Assembly (NCBI RefSeq): GCF_006345805.1
Contig: NW_021826330.1
Location: 1-13,059 of the forward strand
Source of the DNA: Octopus sinensis
Taxonomy: Eukaryota
Direction of reading: 5' to 3'
Length of the DNA: 13,059 nucleotides
A program made the position numbers and the translations under genes. Shown here one piece after another: positions 9,350 to 13,059 of this stretch. The notes below the pieces were generated by a model. It was not told the DNA's origin and made no database searches. It worked only from the letters and a program-made list of their open reading frames with translations. Numbering within the stretch: the stretch's first letter is position 1; each line of letters starts with the position of its first letter.

Positions 9350-9474
9350 TATGATATTATTATTATTTTATATTATTATTATTTATTATTATTATTATTA
9401 TTATTATTTTTATTTTTATTTTTATTTTTATTATTATTATTGTTATTATTATTATTGTTATTATTATTATTTTT

Positions 9475-9513
<39 letters not shown>

Positions 9514-9568
9514 TATTATTATTAAATTATTATTTTTTATTTTTATTATTATTATTGTTTTATTCTTC

Positions 9569-9612
<44 letters not shown>

Positions 9613-9830
9613 TTTATTAGTTATTATTATTAGTATTGTGGTTGTTGTATTACTATCATATATTCAGTATTATTATTGGTATTATTGTTATTATTATTTA
9701 TCATTATTATTATCAACATCATCATCGACAACATCATTATTATTATCATTATCATTACTACCGACATTTTTATTGATATTATTTATACTTCCTTTTATTT
9801 TATTTTATTTTATTTTATTTTATTTTTCAT
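9350..9830. repeat. (ATT)n-dominated tract grading into (ATC)n and (TTTTA)n
   Basis: Directly visible. Confidence 0.95.
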
Positions 9831-10388
9831 TCCTCTACTGTTAAGGTATAATTTTATTGCTTGTCGTCTTTGAAACAAACAAGCTTTGAAATTTTAATAA
9901 ATCACAGATTTATTGCAAAAAGAAAATATTTGCAGTTTTTCCGATATTATCTTCAAGAATTTCGGATATAATCTTGGAAGAGCGCCAAGTAATAAAATGT
10001 GATATTTAACCTGGTCTGGGCATTGAAGACTTGTAGTAAAGTATATAAATGACCTATACATCTCTCCTATACTCTCCTGCGGCTCAATCCTGAGCGCATC
10101 GAATTCTCTGGTGTACCAGGTCTGTATGGTTCATTACTGTGAGACTGATTTCAAGTTGGTAAAAAATCGAAATTATACAAACTTCGCATGTAGTCTTAAC
10201 TCCATTGTAGTATATAGATGCCAGTTCAGTTTCTTACTGTATCTAGTTGCGTGACCGGTGTCATGAAACTGGTTACTTTCTTTCCCATGTAGACGTATAA
10301 TTATCATATGCTGACATTTTTGCATGTATGTCAATGCACACAGAAACACAGACACAGATTGACACCGACACCGGCATATATATATAGA

Positions 10389-10606
10389 CGTAGGAGTGGC
10401 TGTGTGGTAAGTAGCTCGTTTACGAACCACATGGTTCCGGGTTCAGTCCCACTGCATGGCACCTTGAGCAAGTGTCTTCTAATATAGCCTCGGACTGATC
10501 AAAGCCCTGTGAGTGTATTTTGTAGACGGAATCTGAACGAAGCCCGTCATATATATACATATATATATGTTTGTGCATGTTTGTGTGTCTGTGTTTTCCT
10601 CCCAGC
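10389..10606 (+). mobile_element. SINE family B, copy lacking its 3' half
   Basis: Collinear with 11441-11655 (GGAGTGGCTGTGTGGTAAGTAGCT ... GGTTCCGGGTTCAGTC ... CTTGAGCAAGTGTCTTCT ... GTAGACGGAA). Homology stops after the internal microsatellite. Confidence 0.88.
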
Positions 10607-10609
10607 CTC

Positions 10610-10643
<34 letters not shown>

Positions 10644-10647
10644 ATGT

Positions 10648-10855
10648 GTGATCACGTGATCACGTGACCGAGCAGGCCAAGAGAAGAAAGAGTAGGAAAA
10701 AGAATACTGCAGGGATCACCACCCCCTGCCGGAGCCTCGTGGAGCTTTTAGTTGTTTTCGCTCAAGAAACACTCCCAATGCCCGCTCTGGGAATCGAAAC
10801 CGCGATCCTGCGACCGCGAGTCCGCTGCCCTAACCACTAGGCCATGCGCCTCCAC
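10648..10855 (-). mobile_element. tRNA-derived SINE, family C (possibly the tRNA-Arg-related octopus OR type)
   Basis: Minus strand GGAGGCGCATGGCCTAGTGGTTAGGGCAGCGGACTCGCGGTCGCAGGATCGCGGTTTCGATTCCC has a clear A box (TGGCCTAGTGG) and B box (GGTTTCGATTCC) with TCG in the anticodon-loop region, followed by a non-tRNA body. Family assignment is from memory and unverified; the 3' boundary is approximate. Confidence 0.8.
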
Positions 10856-11090
<235 letters not shown>

Positions 11091-11112
11091 GTATTTTATG
11101 CATTTTACGAAC

Positions 11113-11272
11113 ATGAAGGATAATGACGATGATGTCCATGATCGTGATGGCTATGACAACCTCGATGATAATAATAACGATGATGATCATCAGGATGACG
11201 ACGACAATGTCAAACTCAATAATGATGATGATGATGATGTTGACGGTGACTATGCTCTGACGGATGACGATG
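11113..11272. repeat. Highly degenerate (GAT/GAC/AAT)n tract
   Basis: 3-bp periodicity around GAT. Produces the Asp-rich ORF 11089..11373. Confidence 0.8.
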
Positions 11273-11440
11273 GCAACGAACCGTATTATGAAGCACACTG
11301 TGTAGATAATGCACGAAATGGTTTATATGTGTATTATATTCCCGATTATATCTCCCAGTCAACTAGGAAATAACACTCTTATACATTTTTCTTCGTACTG
11401 TGCCTAGACCATGATTAATCACAACTTGGTTATTATTTGC

Positions 11441-11838
11441 TCCAGGAGTGGCTGTGTGGTAAGTAGCTTGCTAACCAACCACATGGTTCCGGGTTCAGTC
11501 TCACTGCGTGGCATCTTGGGCAAGTGTCTTCTGCTATAGCCCCGGGCTGACCAATGCATTGTGAGTGGATTTGGTAGACGGAAACTGAAAGAAGCCTGTC
11601 GTATATATGTATATATATATAAGTGTGTGTGTATATGTTTGCGTGTCTGTGTTTGTCCCCCCTAGCATTGCTTGACACCGATGCTTGTGTTTACGTCTCC
11701 GTCACTTAGCGGTTCAGCAAAAGAGACCGATAGAATAAGTACTGGGCTTACAAAGAATAAGTCCCGGGGTCGATTTGCTCGACTAAAGGCGGTGCTCCAG
11801 CATGGCCGCAGTCAAATGACTGAAACATGTAAAAGAGA
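11441..11838 (+). mobile_element. tRNA-derived SINE, family B (CORE-like centre, internal TA/TG microsatellite), near full-length
   Basis: Head GGAGTGGCTGTGTGGTAAG ... GGTTCCGGGTTCAGTC (A/B-box-like), then CTTGGGCAAGTGTCTTCT resembling the CORE-SINE domain, an internal (TA)/(TG) tract at about 11602-11640, and a unique 3' part ending GACTGAAACATGTAAAAGA. Homologous to 10389-10606 and 2715-3007. Confidence 0.88.
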
Positions 11839-12431
11839 ATGGTTTATTTTCTGACTGTTAGACGAATTGAACGACAATGTAGATTATACGTTGATTTCTT
11901 CTGTCTTCTATTTGACTTGGGTTAACGCCAGTACACTCATTGGATCGATGCGTACATTTCTAATACTAACTGAAAAGAAAATCCTCCATTCTGTTTTAGC
12001 TAATTCATGTCCATGATGGTTTTTTGCTAATTGCTGAGAGCTGACTACCTAGGTTTCAGCGAAACTATGACGCGTAAATGAATTCTGGAGCCAAAAGGCA
12101 ATCGGGATAATAAACGTTTCTGTCATGTAAAAAATTAAGCGATGGAGTTTTTCATACTTAGGTCCAGTTTGTGCACCGAAAAGCAATCATGTGAGCCATT
12201 TTTCACTTTTCTATCAAGGTGTGTAATTCAAACGTTGTTAATAATAGCTAACCACGATAGTTCCGTATCGGTTTGCCCAATGTCGAATTATTTGAGTTTC
12301 GTCGAAAATTATCAGCTAATATACTTCAATACTTGTCGGATATTTTTTTACAAATACTTACATATAGCATTATCGAATTTAGAGCACTGTCCAAGCGACA
12401 GGATAATACATGTTTCTCGTTAATTCCGATG

Positions 12432-12434
<3 letters not shown>

Positions 12435-12467
<33 letters not shown>

Positions 12468-12555
12468 TATATATATATACATATATATATAAATATATAT
12501 ACATGTATATATATATACATGTATATATATATATATACATAATATATAGTGTGTG

Positions 12556-12587
<32 letters not shown>

Positions 12588-12605
12588 TTATGTATATATA
12601 TAATA
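12435..12605. repeat. (TA)n-rich compound microsatellite
   Basis: Directly visible. Confidence 0.93.
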
Positions 12606-13059
12606 ACGTTATATACATAATTGTACCAAGGGATTGCATAAGCCTCAACATGTGCTAGAAATTGACGCCAAAAGACGTTAATACCACCTTAAAACTCCAA
12701 AACATATAACACCTATAAGGTTTTAATTTCCGCACTGACCCCTTGGTGAAATCATTAGTGATTTTTACCCGTTATTATAAGCTATTATAATTAATATTAA
12801 AAAAAATTACTCCTTGATCAAAGCTTGATTCACTGCAATGTTATTTTGATATATTGCGTGTGGCTGAAAAGAAGGATGGGATGACTACTTTACTGTATAT
12901 TTTTAAGTGTGTGTGTATATATATATTGATGTACCAAGTCGCCGCTCTTATACGTACGTGTAGATGCTGGTGAATTTATGCCACCGCGTAACGTTGCTGA
13001 AGATAGAATTAGCCTGAAACGGGATCTTTGTACACGTTTAACCAAAATTTAATTCATAT

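Noticed and set aside
9928-9970. Weak similarity to 12290-12345 (TTTG.AGTTT...CTTCAA...TCGGATAT)
   Set aside because: Short, gapped and AT-rich; not distinguishable from chance by eye.
10050-10135. Possible minus-strand terminal exon SHSNEPYRPGTPENSMRSGLSRRRV-stop
   Set aside because: Short and unsupported; similar candidates arise by chance.
10780-10855. tRNA-like sequence, and similar heads at 3620-3706, 6385-6471 and 11441-11510
   Set aside because: These are SINE heads: imperfect cloverleaves continuing into SINE bodies, not functional tRNA genes.
12142-12423. 93-aa plus-strand ORF and an opposite-strand GTAAGT donor-like site near 12360
   Set aside because: No recognisable domain, and no consistent exon could be built.

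Overview
AT-rich, repeat-dominated eukaryotic non-coding DNA (intronic or intergenic). From my recollection of its SINE families it is most likely an octopus (coleoid cephalopod). I cannot support any intact protein-coding gene: most ORFs in the track are translations of microsatellites or SINEs. The window holds six tRNA-derived SINE copies from three families (two with clear target-site duplications), a decayed Penelope-like retroelement RT fragment (5345-6110, minus) apparently interrupted by a small TIR element, and a non-autonomous Helitron-like element (about 7010-7393). It also holds a minimal hammerhead-ribozyme motif of the Penelope type (2323-2357, minus) and many compound microsatellites. 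The least explained structure is an old repeat of about 190 bp, present twice (3048-3261, 3762-4030) plus a weak third copy. One copy folds into a 48-bp hairpin, and the two copies carry the same 21-nt centre in opposite orientations.
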